From NCBI GenBank assembly GCA_964416845.1, contig CAYQFV010000023.1, forward strand, positions 18,223 through 33,857: a stretch of DNA of 15,635 nt. Reading direction: 5' to 3'. Position numbers and translations under genes: made by a program. This stretch comes from an uncultured Phycisphaeraceae bacterium (lineage in GTDB: Bacteria > Planctomycetota > Phycisphaerae > UBA1845). Below are positions 8,763 through 15,194 of the stretch, piece by piece (within the stretch, counting starts at the first letter, position 1; each line of letters starts with the position of its first letter). The notes beneath the pieces are model-generated. The model did no database searches, had not been told where the DNA came from, and saw only the letters and a program-made list of their open reading frames with translations.

Positions 8763-9203
8763 ATGCTGAGCATGACGGGCGAATATGCGTTGCGGGCGAT
8801 GATCTATCTCGCCCAGCACGAAGACAAATGGCCTATTGCCGGGAATTTGATTGCGGCCAAGGGGGGCATTCCGGCGAAGTACCTGTCCAAGATTCTCGGA
8901 GACCTGGTGCGTGCCGGTGTGCTGACATCGTCGCGAGGTTTGGGCGGGGGGTTTCGGATGGTGCGGTCGCCCGATTCGACGCGGCTGTACGACGTGCTTG
9001 CTCCGTTTGAGTCGTTTGACAATCGACGATGCCCGTTTGGCAACAAAAAGTGCAGCGAAGAGACTCCGTGTTTGGCGCATGATCGGTGGAAGATTGTTGT
9101 TGAGGCCCAGCAACGATTTCTCGACCGTACGTCGGTTCTCGACATCGCCGTGCCGAAGGCGAAACGCGCGAAAGCACGCTCGAAGAAAAAGACGAAGCGA
9201 TGA
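8763..9203 (+). CDS. Rrf2-family transcriptional regulator (IscR/NsrR-like) with three C-terminal Cys ligands for an Fe-S cluster
   Basis: ATG at 8763 preceded by a strong SD (ctaaggaaggacgaacc). N-terminal wHTH signature MLSMTGEYALRAMIYLA..LSKILGDLVRAGVL..SRGLGGGFRM is the Rrf2 hallmark. The Cys triad CPFGNKKCSEETPC (C-x6-C-x5-C) matches the IscR/NsrR cluster-ligand spacing. The track ORF 8637.. is an upstream in-frame extension. Confidence 0.8.
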   Translation: MLSMTGEYALRAMIYLAQHEDKWPIAGNLIAAKGGIPAKYLSKILGDLVRAGVLTSSRGLGGGFRMVRSPDSTRLYDVLAPFESFDNRRCPFGNKKCSEETPCLAHDRWKIVVEAQQRFLDRTSVLDIAVPKAKRAKARSKKKTKR

Positions 9204-9691
9204 TGTCGCAAGATCCGCAACACTCGCCGCGCAGTGATGTGCCTGTTTCGGATGATGCGTCGTCGAATGGCCTTTCGATGGCTGATCGGGTGGCGGCGAT
9301 GCTTGCGGCCCATGCGCGGTTCGAAAAACTGATGGCTGAACATCAGGAAGCGCTCGTTGATCGCGCCACGGACGTTGCCAAGGCGACGTTTGACACGTTG
9401 CGTTTCGAAAAGTTGGACCACATGTTGGACGAGGAGCGGACGCTGATTCCCATGTACGCCGAGCTGGGCGAATGGGAACGTGGCGGCGATCCGGAGTTGT
9501 TTCTCGCGGAGCATCGGCAGATCTACACGATGGCCAATCAGGTCGCGTGCAGTTTGGACGACCTGGATCGAGGGACCTTGACCGGCATTGCCATCGTTCA
9601 GATTATTGACGCGGAGAAGGCTTTCAAGGGCGTCATGGAGCACCATCATCTCCGCGAGCAAATCCACATGTTTCCGCGGTTGACGCAGTAG
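9200..9691 (+). CDS. Hemerythrin-like (HHE cation-binding domain) protein
   Basis: The start ATGA overlaps the Rrf2 stop by 4 nt, which suggests translational coupling. A C-terminal MEHHHLREQIHMFPRL matches the hemerythrin HHxxE(E/Q)xxxFP motif. N-terminal H-x3-E elements are present (AAHARFEKLMAEHQE, LAEHRQ). Predicted helical, 163 aa. Confidence 0.55.
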   Translation: MMSQDPQHSPRSDVPVSDDASSNGLSMADRVAAMLAAHARFEKLMAEHQEALVDRATDVAKATFDTLRFEKLDHMLDEERTLIPMYAELGEWERGGDPELFLAEHRQIYTMANQVACSLDDLDRGTLTGIAIVQIIDAEKAFKGVMEHHHLREQIHMFPRLTQ

Positions 9692-9902
9692 TCCCTCTTT
9701 CCCTTCCCCCATGACTCGCTGCGCATGCGTGGCGGTTACTCTTGCAGCGTTACACCTTGTGGCCCGAATTCGGCTCCGTTGTGCCGCGGTTCGGAAATGC
9801 ACGGGGGTTTGTAATGGCACATTCGCGGGCGCGTGGTAGACTTCTTTAGGTTGCAGAAATGCGACGCCCCATTCTTGCGCTTTCACCTTGGAGGAGAGTC
9901 TG

Positions 9903-10613
9903 ATGTCCGATGTGTTGGCACTTAGCGATTCGATCAACGCTGCCTTGGCTTCGATGGGCCCGTTCTACATCATCAGTCTCGTCATCGGCGGCGGGTTGGT
10001 TGTCATCTCGACGGTGTTTTCCGGCGATGCGGATGTGGACGCCGATTTCGACGTTGACGTTGACGTTGACGTGGACGTTGATCTCGACGTGGATGTTGAT
10101 GCGTCGGTCGATGGCGATGTCGCGGCTGACGTCAGCGGCGATGCGGATGTGCCGGGCGGCGATCACTCTGCCGGAGCGTTGTCACTGTCGACATGGTTTT
10201 CGGTTCGTTTCGTCGTCTACTTTCTGGCGATGTTCGGGTTGATCGGTACGGTCCTGACGCGGTTGACGGGCAGTTCTCCGGCGGCGGTTCTGGCAGCCGC
10301 CGTCTTAGGTGGTCTGATCGTCGGGCAGGGTGTTCACCAACTGGTTCGATACCTTCGACGCAGCAGTGGCAACAGCGAAGTTGCGACCAAGGACTTCGTC
10401 AATCAGCTCGCCCGTGTGACGATCGCGATCGCGCCGGCCAAGTGTGGCGAGGTTGCCGTCAAGGCACGCGGTCGCGAGCGGTTCGTCGCGGCGGTGGGAC
10501 GCCGTTCTGATGATGCGTTCAAGGCGGGTGACACCGTTGCCGTTGTCGCGTTCAACGCCGGCAAAGCGGAAGTCGTTTCGAGGGAAGAGTTCGAGTTTAT
10601 CAACGAGTCTTAG
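9903..10613 (+). CDS. NfeD-like (YuaF/YqeZ-type) membrane protein with a C-terminal OB-fold domain and an internal poly(Asp-Val) acidic repeat
   Basis: ATG at 9903 with a perfect SD ggaggag 6 nt upstream. The track start at 9888 is a TTG extension. Three hydrophobic helices are present (FYIISLVIGGGLVVISTVF, FVVYFLAMFGLIGTVL, AAVLAAAVLGGLIVG). The C-terminal beta-rich segment (ARVTIAIAPAKCGEVAVKARGRERFVAAVG..GDTVAVVAFNAGKAEVV) is typical of the NfeD OB domain. It lies immediately upstream of a flotillin gene, as in yuaF-floT. Confidence 0.7.
   Translation: MSDVLALSDSINAALASMGPFYIISLVIGGGLVVISTVFSGDADVDADFDVDVDVDVDVDLDVDVDASVDGDVAADVSGDADVPGGDHSAGALSLSTWFSVRFVVYFLAMFGLIGTVLTRLTGSSPAAVLAAAVLGGLIVGQGVHQLVRYLRRSSGNSEVATKDFVNQLARVTIAIAPAKCGEVAVKARGRERFVAAVGRRSDDAFKAGDTVAVVAFNAGKAEVVSREEFEFINES
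10026..10152 (+). repeat. In-frame tandem hexanucleotide repeat (GACGTT/GACGTG/GATGTT)n encoding DADVDADFDVDVDVDVDVDLDVDVDASVDGDVAADVSGDADV
   Basis: The core gacgttgacgttgacgttgacgtggacgttgat is at 10050-10082. It is flanked by degenerate units (gatgcggatgtggac, ctcgacgtggatgttgat, gtcgatggcgatgtc). The repeat period of 6 nt preserves the reading frame. Confidence 0.7.
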
Positions 10614-10635
10614 ACACCACAGACAGGAGGTACGC

Positions 10636-11982
10636 ATGGATATGCTATTGATCGGACAGGCTGACTTGTCCTCGCCGGCCATCATCATTGGGGGCGGTGT
10701 TCTTTTCGCGATCGTTTCGGTGGTGGTGCTGGTTTCCAAGCTCATGGTCGTCGGCAACCCGAGCGAGTTGCTCATCATTAGCGGCAAGCGGTCCAGTTCG
10801 GGGCAAGGGTATCGCACGTTGATCGGCGGGCGAACGATGGTGATTCCGATTATCGAACGCGTGTCACGGTTGAGCCTTCGCAACATGCAGGTCGGGTTGG
10901 AAGTCAAAGCGCAGGCGGGCGGCGGGACGATGATTCCGGTCACGATCACGGGCGTGGCGAACGTTAAGATCTCGTCGGATCCTGATATCCGCGGCAACGC
11001 GATTGAGCGATTCCTCGGAGAGTCCGCTGCCGAGTTGCAACGCGTCGCACGGGAGACCTTGGAGGGCGGGGTTCGCGCAGTGATTGGGCGGATGACGCCT
11101 GAAGAGGTCGTCGAAGACCGCGACAAATTCGTGGCCACCGTGATGCAGGAGGTGACGGACGATTTTCGCAAACTCGGCATCGTCATCGACAGCGTGAACA
11201 TTCAAAACGTTCACGACGATGACCAATACCTCGAGTCGATCGCACGAAAGGCGTCTTCACAGGTTCGTGCGGAGGCGCGGCAGTTCGAAGCCCAGCAAAA
11301 GAGTGAGGCGGATATTCAGGAAGCCGCCGCCGATGCAGCCGCTCGGCAGGCGAGGGCCGAGCGCGACGCCGAAGCCAAGTCGACAGAGGCGATCGGGAAT
11401 CAAAAGGCTGAAGAGGCCAGACTGCTTGCCGAAAAGTCGATCGCCGAAGCTGACAATGCGTTGCGGATTCGCAAGGCGGAGTTGAGTCGCGAGGCTGCGC
11501 TCAAAGAGGCTGAAGCTCAAGAGGCGGCTGCCAAGGCTGAAGAAGCTCGCCTCACTGCGACCATGGTGGCTGCCGCCGACGCCGAGCGTGACGTGTCCAA
11601 AGCTCGGGCAGAAGGTGCGGCTGCGTCCATTCTCGAAGAGGGCAAAGCCCGCGCAGCGGCCATCGAGCAGATCGGTCAGGCGATCCAGCGTCATCCCGAT
11701 GCGTTGAAGGTCATGTTGACCGAGATGATGCCGAACGTCGTGGAGCAACTCACCAAGACGATTTCAGGCGTGAAGCTTGGCGATGTGACGGTGTTCGACG
11801 GCGGACAGGGGACGGCCATCGCGAGTGCTGCGATGAGCAAGGCTCGGATGCTGTCTGAGTCGCTCGGCACGCTGGACTCGGTCTTGGGCATCGACCTTCG
11901 TGACCTCGCCAAGACCATCGCCGGCAACGTGACGTCAAACTCGAAAGGCGCAGCGGACACCCCGGCCAAGAGTCCCAAGTAG
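10636..11982 (+). CDS. Flotillin-like SPFH/band-7 domain protein (FloT/YuaG-like), 448 aa
   Basis: ATG at 10636 with SD acaggagg, 22 nt after the NfeD stop. N-terminal TM anchor AIIIGGGVLFAIVSVVVLV. The SPFH core follows (PSELLIISGKRS.., TMVIPIIERVSRLSLRNMQV, TITGVANVKISSD, MTPEEVVEDRDKF). Then a long Glu/Ala-rich coiled-coil region (EAEAQEAAAKAEEARL..) and a conserved flotillin C-terminal region. The track ORF 10444.. is an in-frame extension overlapping the NfeD gene. Confidence 0.8.
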   Translation: MDMLLIGQADLSSPAIIIGGGVLFAIVSVVVLVSKLMVVGNPSELLIISGKRSSSGQGYRTLIGGRTMVIPIIERVSRLSLRNMQVGLEVKAQAGGGTMIPVTITGVANVKISSDPDIRGNAIERFLGESAAELQRVARETLEGGVRAVIGRMTPEEVVEDRDKFVATVMQEVTDDFRKLGIVIDSVNIQNVHDDDQYLESIARKASSQVRAEARQFEAQQKSEADIQEAAADAAARQARAERDAEAKSTEAIGNQKAEEARLLAEKSIAEADNALRIRKAELSREAALKEAEAQEAAAKAEEARLTATMVAAADAERDVSKARAEGAAASILEEGKARAAAIEQIGQAIQRHPDALKVMLTEMMPNVVEQLTKTISGVKLGDVTVFDGGQGTAIASAAMSKARMLSESLGTLDSVLGIDLRDLAKTIAGNVTSNSKGAADTPAKSPK

Positions 11983-12009
11983 GGTGCGTCCCGGACGCAC
12001 CTTTTTCTT
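11983..12009 (+). terminator. Intrinsic (Rho-independent) terminator downstream of the flotillin gene
   Basis: Perfect GC-rich stem ggtgcgtc / gacgcacc (11983-11990 / 11994-12001) with a 3-nt loop, followed by TTTTTCTT (12002-12009). It starts immediately after the TAG stop at 11980-11982. On the opposite strand the run precedes the hairpin, so the terminator is mainly unidirectional for the + strand. Confidence 0.6.
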
Positions 12010-12010
12010 G

Positions 12011-12958
12011 TCATGACGCAGCCGTCGGGATCATGAGAAACGCGGTTCCGGCGGTGGCGAGATGGAGTACGAACGGCGCGAGCCAACTGTTTCCGCGGTA
12101 GGCGAAGAACGCCAACGCGACGCCCCCGGGTAGTGAGAGGAGCAGTTCCCGCGGGTCCTTGCCGAGATGGATGACGCCGAAAAGGACGGCCGACGCGACG
12201 ATGGCGACCTCGCATCCGTCCGGCAATCCCAGCCATCGCGTCCATCGTCGCAGGCCGCTCGCGGTCCCGGTCGGCTGAGCGAACCCAAACCATTGCAGAA
12301 CCCGCCCCACACCCGCCGCCGTGACCGGCAACACCGGAGGCGGCGCCGGCCAACGCAACTCGCGACGAAACAGCGCCAGCAACACACCGTGAAACAGGAA
12401 GTGTTCGCAGAACATGTTCACCGCGTAGTAGCCGACGAACAGTGTTGCTCCTGCGCGATGAAGTTGGTCGTGGTAATAGTTCGCCATGACCGGGCCTCTG
12501 ACCATCCACGCAAGCACCGGCAGCGAGACGACGTAACCCACGAGGACGATTCGCCACGCGATTCGGTTGGGCATGCGGCAGCCGAAATCGCCCGGTCGCC
12601 GTCGGCCGATCGCCAGCATCAGCACCGACGGCACGACGACGGCTACTATCGTAAGGAGGCAGCCGTGTCGGGTGAGTGGCGATCCAGAATCCGCCAGCCC
12701 GATGGCGCCCCGCGCCGCGTCGATCAACGTGTATACCCACGACTTGGCTGTTGCTGCTGCGTTCTGCACGGTGCGCCCCATCCACGACGGCGGTTGGGCC
12801 ATCCAGAGTGTGACGTAAACCCCGGAGGCGAGCATGACCGCCGCCGCAGATGCGTGGCTGATTCGGGATGGATGGTCGTGCTGCTCGCGGTCTTGCGACA
12901 AGACTGATTCCTTGCAGGCGATTCGGCTGATTCTCGGTGACGCGCCAGCGTGCATCAT
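12011..12958 (-). CDS. Polytopic membrane protein, probable CPBP (CAAX protease / Abi) family intramembrane metalloprotease with a non-canonical motif 1
   Basis: Multiple hydrophobic helices. Motif 2 (FxxxH) is visible in VLFGVIHLGKD. A degenerate motif 1 lies in MFCEHFLFHG (EHxxFxG rather than EExxxR). A possible motif 3 His lies in FVLHLATAG. The N-terminal 40 aa are not hydrophobic, so the real start may be an internal Met (e.g. MLASGVYV). The overlapping 448-aa ORF 11691..13037 in another frame is Arg/Ala/Gly-rich and I judge it spurious. Confidence 0.45.
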   Translation of the reverse strand: MMHAGASPRISRIACKESVLSQDREQHDHPSRISHASAAAVMLASGVYVTLWMAQPPSWMGRTVQNAAATAKSWVYTLIDAARGAIGLADSGSPLTRHGCLLTIVAVVVPSVLMLAIGRRRPGDFGCRMPNRIAWRIVLVGYVVSLPVLAWMVRGPVMANYYHDQLHRAGATLFVGYYAVNMFCEHFLFHGVLLALFRRELRWPAPPPVLPVTAAGVGRVLQWFGFAQPTGTASGLRRWTRWLGLPDGCEVAIVASAVLFGVIHLGKDPRELLLSLPGGVALAFFAYRGNSWLAPFVLHLATAGTAFLMIPTAAS

Positions 12959-13089
12959 GGCGAAGCGCGTCGATCACCGCAACGTCTCTTTTAGCAGCGG
13001 GACGGGACGGGGTGTGACCATCATTTGTGGCATGCACTCACGACCGACCATCCCGAGTCCGAATCGGAAGGATGCCCTGGAGGGGCACT

Positions 13090-13266
13090 TGAGAATAGCC
13101 CGGCACGTCAGTGCCGGGGCACCCGACGCTAAGAATACCGAGTCCCGGAGGGACGGTTGAGTGCGAGAACGGGTTTCAGTCGTCCCTCCGGGACTTGAAT
13201 CTTGCGATGGGCTCGAAATCCCAGTGATCAATCACTGGGCTATTCTCACTCCGTCCCTCCGGGACG
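13090..13266. repeat. Compound palindromic intergenic element: three copies of the 14-mer cgtccctccgggac (one inverted), nested hairpins and a bracketing 12-bp inverted repeat
   Basis: Copy A gtcccggagggacg is at 13142-13155. Copy B cgtccctccgggac is at 13181-13194 and forms a perfect 14-bp stem with A over a 25-nt loop. Copy C cgtccctccgggac is at 13252-13265, identical to B. Hairpin cccggcac-gtca-gtgccggg is at 13099-13118. Hairpin cccagtgat-ca-atcactggg is at 13220-13239. The 12-bp inverted repeat tgagaatagccc (13090-13101) / gggctattctca (13237-13248) brackets the first three. Confidence 0.5.
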
Positions 13267-13441
13267 CACGCGGCTTGCAGGTCGCAGTGCGCTGCCGTTT
13301 GACACCGTCCTCGTGTGCCGTGTCCCTGCGAGAGAAAGCCCGCCTGGCACAAACGATTGTCACACCCGATGGGTGGCGACGAGAAGAGTGCTGGTGGCAT
13401 GGATGATTCTGGTGATCGCGACGCGGACTTGTGACGTACGG

Positions 13442-14905
13442 TCAGAATTGTCGTCGTTGTCGGGCGGGTTGAATGTTGAGTTGGGCGCGATACTTGGCGA
13501 CGGTGCGGCGCTTGATGCGGATGTTCTCTTGCTCGAGCTTGGCGGCGATCTGGTCGTCGTTGAGCGGGTTCTTGGGGTCTTCGTCCCGGACGATCTGGGC
13601 CACACGCTTCTTGATGCTGTCCCAGCTCGTGCCGATGCCGTCGCCCGTGTCGGTTCCCCCGGTGAAGAAATAGCGCATCGGGAAAACGCCGTGGGGTGTT
13701 TCGACGTACTTGTCGGCCACGGTTCGGCTGATGGTCGATGGATCGCAGCCGAGCTCTTCAGCAAGGTCGCTCATGCGGAACACTTTGAGACCGGACGGGC
13801 CTATTCTGAAGAATTCAGCCTGGTGCGTTGCGACCGCCTCGGCGACTTCGAGGAGTCGGTGCTTGCGAAACTTGACGGCTTCGATGAGCGTTCCGGCGTT
13901 GTCGACCTGCTTGCGGACGAAGCTTCGTAAATCTTTTCCGTTGGACCGCGACTTAAGCATGTCCAAGTATTCCTGGCTGATGCGTAGATCGGGGATCCGG
14001 CTGTGGGCGAGTTTGACGACCAGCCCCCTGCCGCGTTCGTCCTCTTCGATGATGACGTCGGGATAGACGCGCGGGACGCGCTTGTCGACCACGAGATATC
14101 CGGGGTGCAACACGAGCGTGTGTCGAATCGCGTCGACGGCGGCCGTGATTTCTCCGACGGAATAGCCGGTTGCCTTGGCCACTGCGGGGTAGCGATTTCG
14201 CGTGACGTCTTCGAGGTGATCGGCGATCAGCGTTCGCTCGATGGCGTTGTCGCCGGCGAGGGTGTCGAGTTGCAACAGAAGACATTCACGGTAATCACGT
14301 GCGGCGATTCCGATCGGGTCGAGCTCTTGAACCAGCGATAAGGCGTGTTCGAGCGTTTCGACCGATACGGGCGGGCGCATGTCTTCGGCGATTTTTTCGA
14401 GCGGTATCTTGAGGTAGCCGTCGTCTTCGAGATGGTAGATGATCGCCTCGCCGGCGCGACGCGTGTCGTCGTCGACGTCGAGCAATACCCATTGTTGCAG
14501 GAGGAATTCGTCTAACCCTGCGGGGCGGCTGGCGGTGTTGGCCATCGCGTCGAGCTTGGCATCGCGCTCGCCCGATCCTGCGTAGCGACCTTTCATCCGC
14601 ATGCCCGCGCGGTCGTCGAAGTCGAGGTGGTTTTCGCGCGAGAAGCGATCAAGTCGGTTGAAGCTGACCACGTCTTCGGTCGGTGGTGAACCGTTGGTAT
14701 CGGTGGAGGGCTGGGCGGCGTCTTCCGGGGGCGGAACATTCTCCGCGACTTCGAGCGTGACGTTTTTTTCGAGCTCTTCCGCGATGCGGTTTTCCAGATC
14801 GGGTGTGGAAAGCTGCAAGATGTCCATGGACTGAATCAGTTGCGGTGTGAGCTTCTGCTCCAACCGCATGAACTGGCCCATGACTTGCGACAGTGAGTGC
14901 GACAT
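13442..14905 (-). CDS. rpoN: RNA polymerase sigma-54 factor
   Basis: C-terminal RpoN box ARRTVAKYRAQLNI. The N-terminal region I is Gln/Leu-rich (MSHSLSQVMGQFMRLEQKLTPQLIQSMDILQLSTPDLE). An HTH region lies in SDLAEELGCDPSTISR. Length is 487 aa from the ATG at 14905, which gives the canonical N-terminus. The track ORF extends to a TTG at 15229, but those extra 108 residues are low-complexity and unlikely to be real. Confidence 0.85.
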   Translation of the reverse strand: MSHSLSQVMGQFMRLEQKLTPQLIQSMDILQLSTPDLENRIAEELEKNVTLEVAENVPPPEDAAQPSTDTNGSPPTEDVVSFNRLDRFSRENHLDFDDRAGMRMKGRYAGSGERDAKLDAMANTASRPAGLDEFLLQQWVLLDVDDDTRRAGEAIIYHLEDDGYLKIPLEKIAEDMRPPVSVETLEHALSLVQELDPIGIAARDYRECLLLQLDTLAGDNAIERTLIADHLEDVTRNRYPAVAKATGYSVGEITAAVDAIRHTLVLHPGYLVVDKRVPRVYPDVIIEEDERGRGLVVKLAHSRIPDLRISQEYLDMLKSRSNGKDLRSFVRKQVDNAGTLIEAVKFRKHRLLEVAEAVATHQAEFFRIGPSGLKVFRMSDLAEELGCDPSTISRTVADKYVETPHGVFPMRYFFTGGTDTGDGIGTSWDSIKKRVAQIVRDEDPKNPLNDDQIAAKLEQENIRIKRRTVAKYRAQLNIQPARQRRQF

Positions 14906-15037
14906 CCACCACCCCCGTTTGGGGCCAAGCGACGATCCACCGATCGACTCGACCCCGCGTGCTCGTTGGTCACCAGACCTGAGTTGGCCTCGTGGTGCGA
15001 AGAGGCGACCGCCTCGGGCCACCCGCATCCACCCCCC

Positions 15038-15043
15038 ATTATA
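15038..15043 (-). promoter_or_regulatory. Perfect TATAAT hexamer (minus strand, in catgcTATAATgggggg) about 135 nt upstream of the rpoN start
   Basis: The + strand reads cattatagc at 15037-15045. An AT hexamer is uncommon in this roughly 64% GC context. The candidate -35 (ccaaca, 17-nt spacer) is weak. This is a candidate sigma-70-type -10 for rpoN only. Confidence 0.25.
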
Positions 15044-15194
15044 GCATGACTGCGTCGGTGTTGGGGCGTGAGTCCGGGAATCTTGGTCGGCGATTGAGTG
15101 GAAATGCGGACGGAACAGGCTCGAAACGGCGTCAGTGAAGCCCCGGATGACCGACAGGGGCCTGGCGATTGTTATATTCGGCTGGTGCGGGCTG

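Noticed and set aside
9740-9800. Palindromes cgcatgcg (about 9723-9730) and ccgaattcgg (about 9762-9771) in the hemerythrin-NfeD spacer, as possible regulator sites
   Set aside because: They are short (8-10 bp), isolated and not repeated elsewhere in the window. This is within chance expectation.
9815-9830. Possible sigma-54 -24/-12 promoters: TGGCAC at 9815-9820 upstream of the NfeD gene, and GGCAC..TGCC within the 13099-13118 hairpin on the minus strand
   Set aside because: The GG-N10-GC spacing is off by one in both cases and there is no TTGC -12 element. Sigma-54 promoters are strict about spacing. Because rpoN is in the window I looked for these sites, but they do not match the consensus.
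10444-10635. Upstream in-frame extension of the flotillin ORF, and the extension of the Rrf2 ORF to 8637
   Set aside because: The flotillin extension overlaps the NfeD coding region and is Arg/Ser-rich, as is the Rrf2 extension. In both cases the internal ATG has a strong Shine-Dalgarno and yields the canonical family N-terminus.
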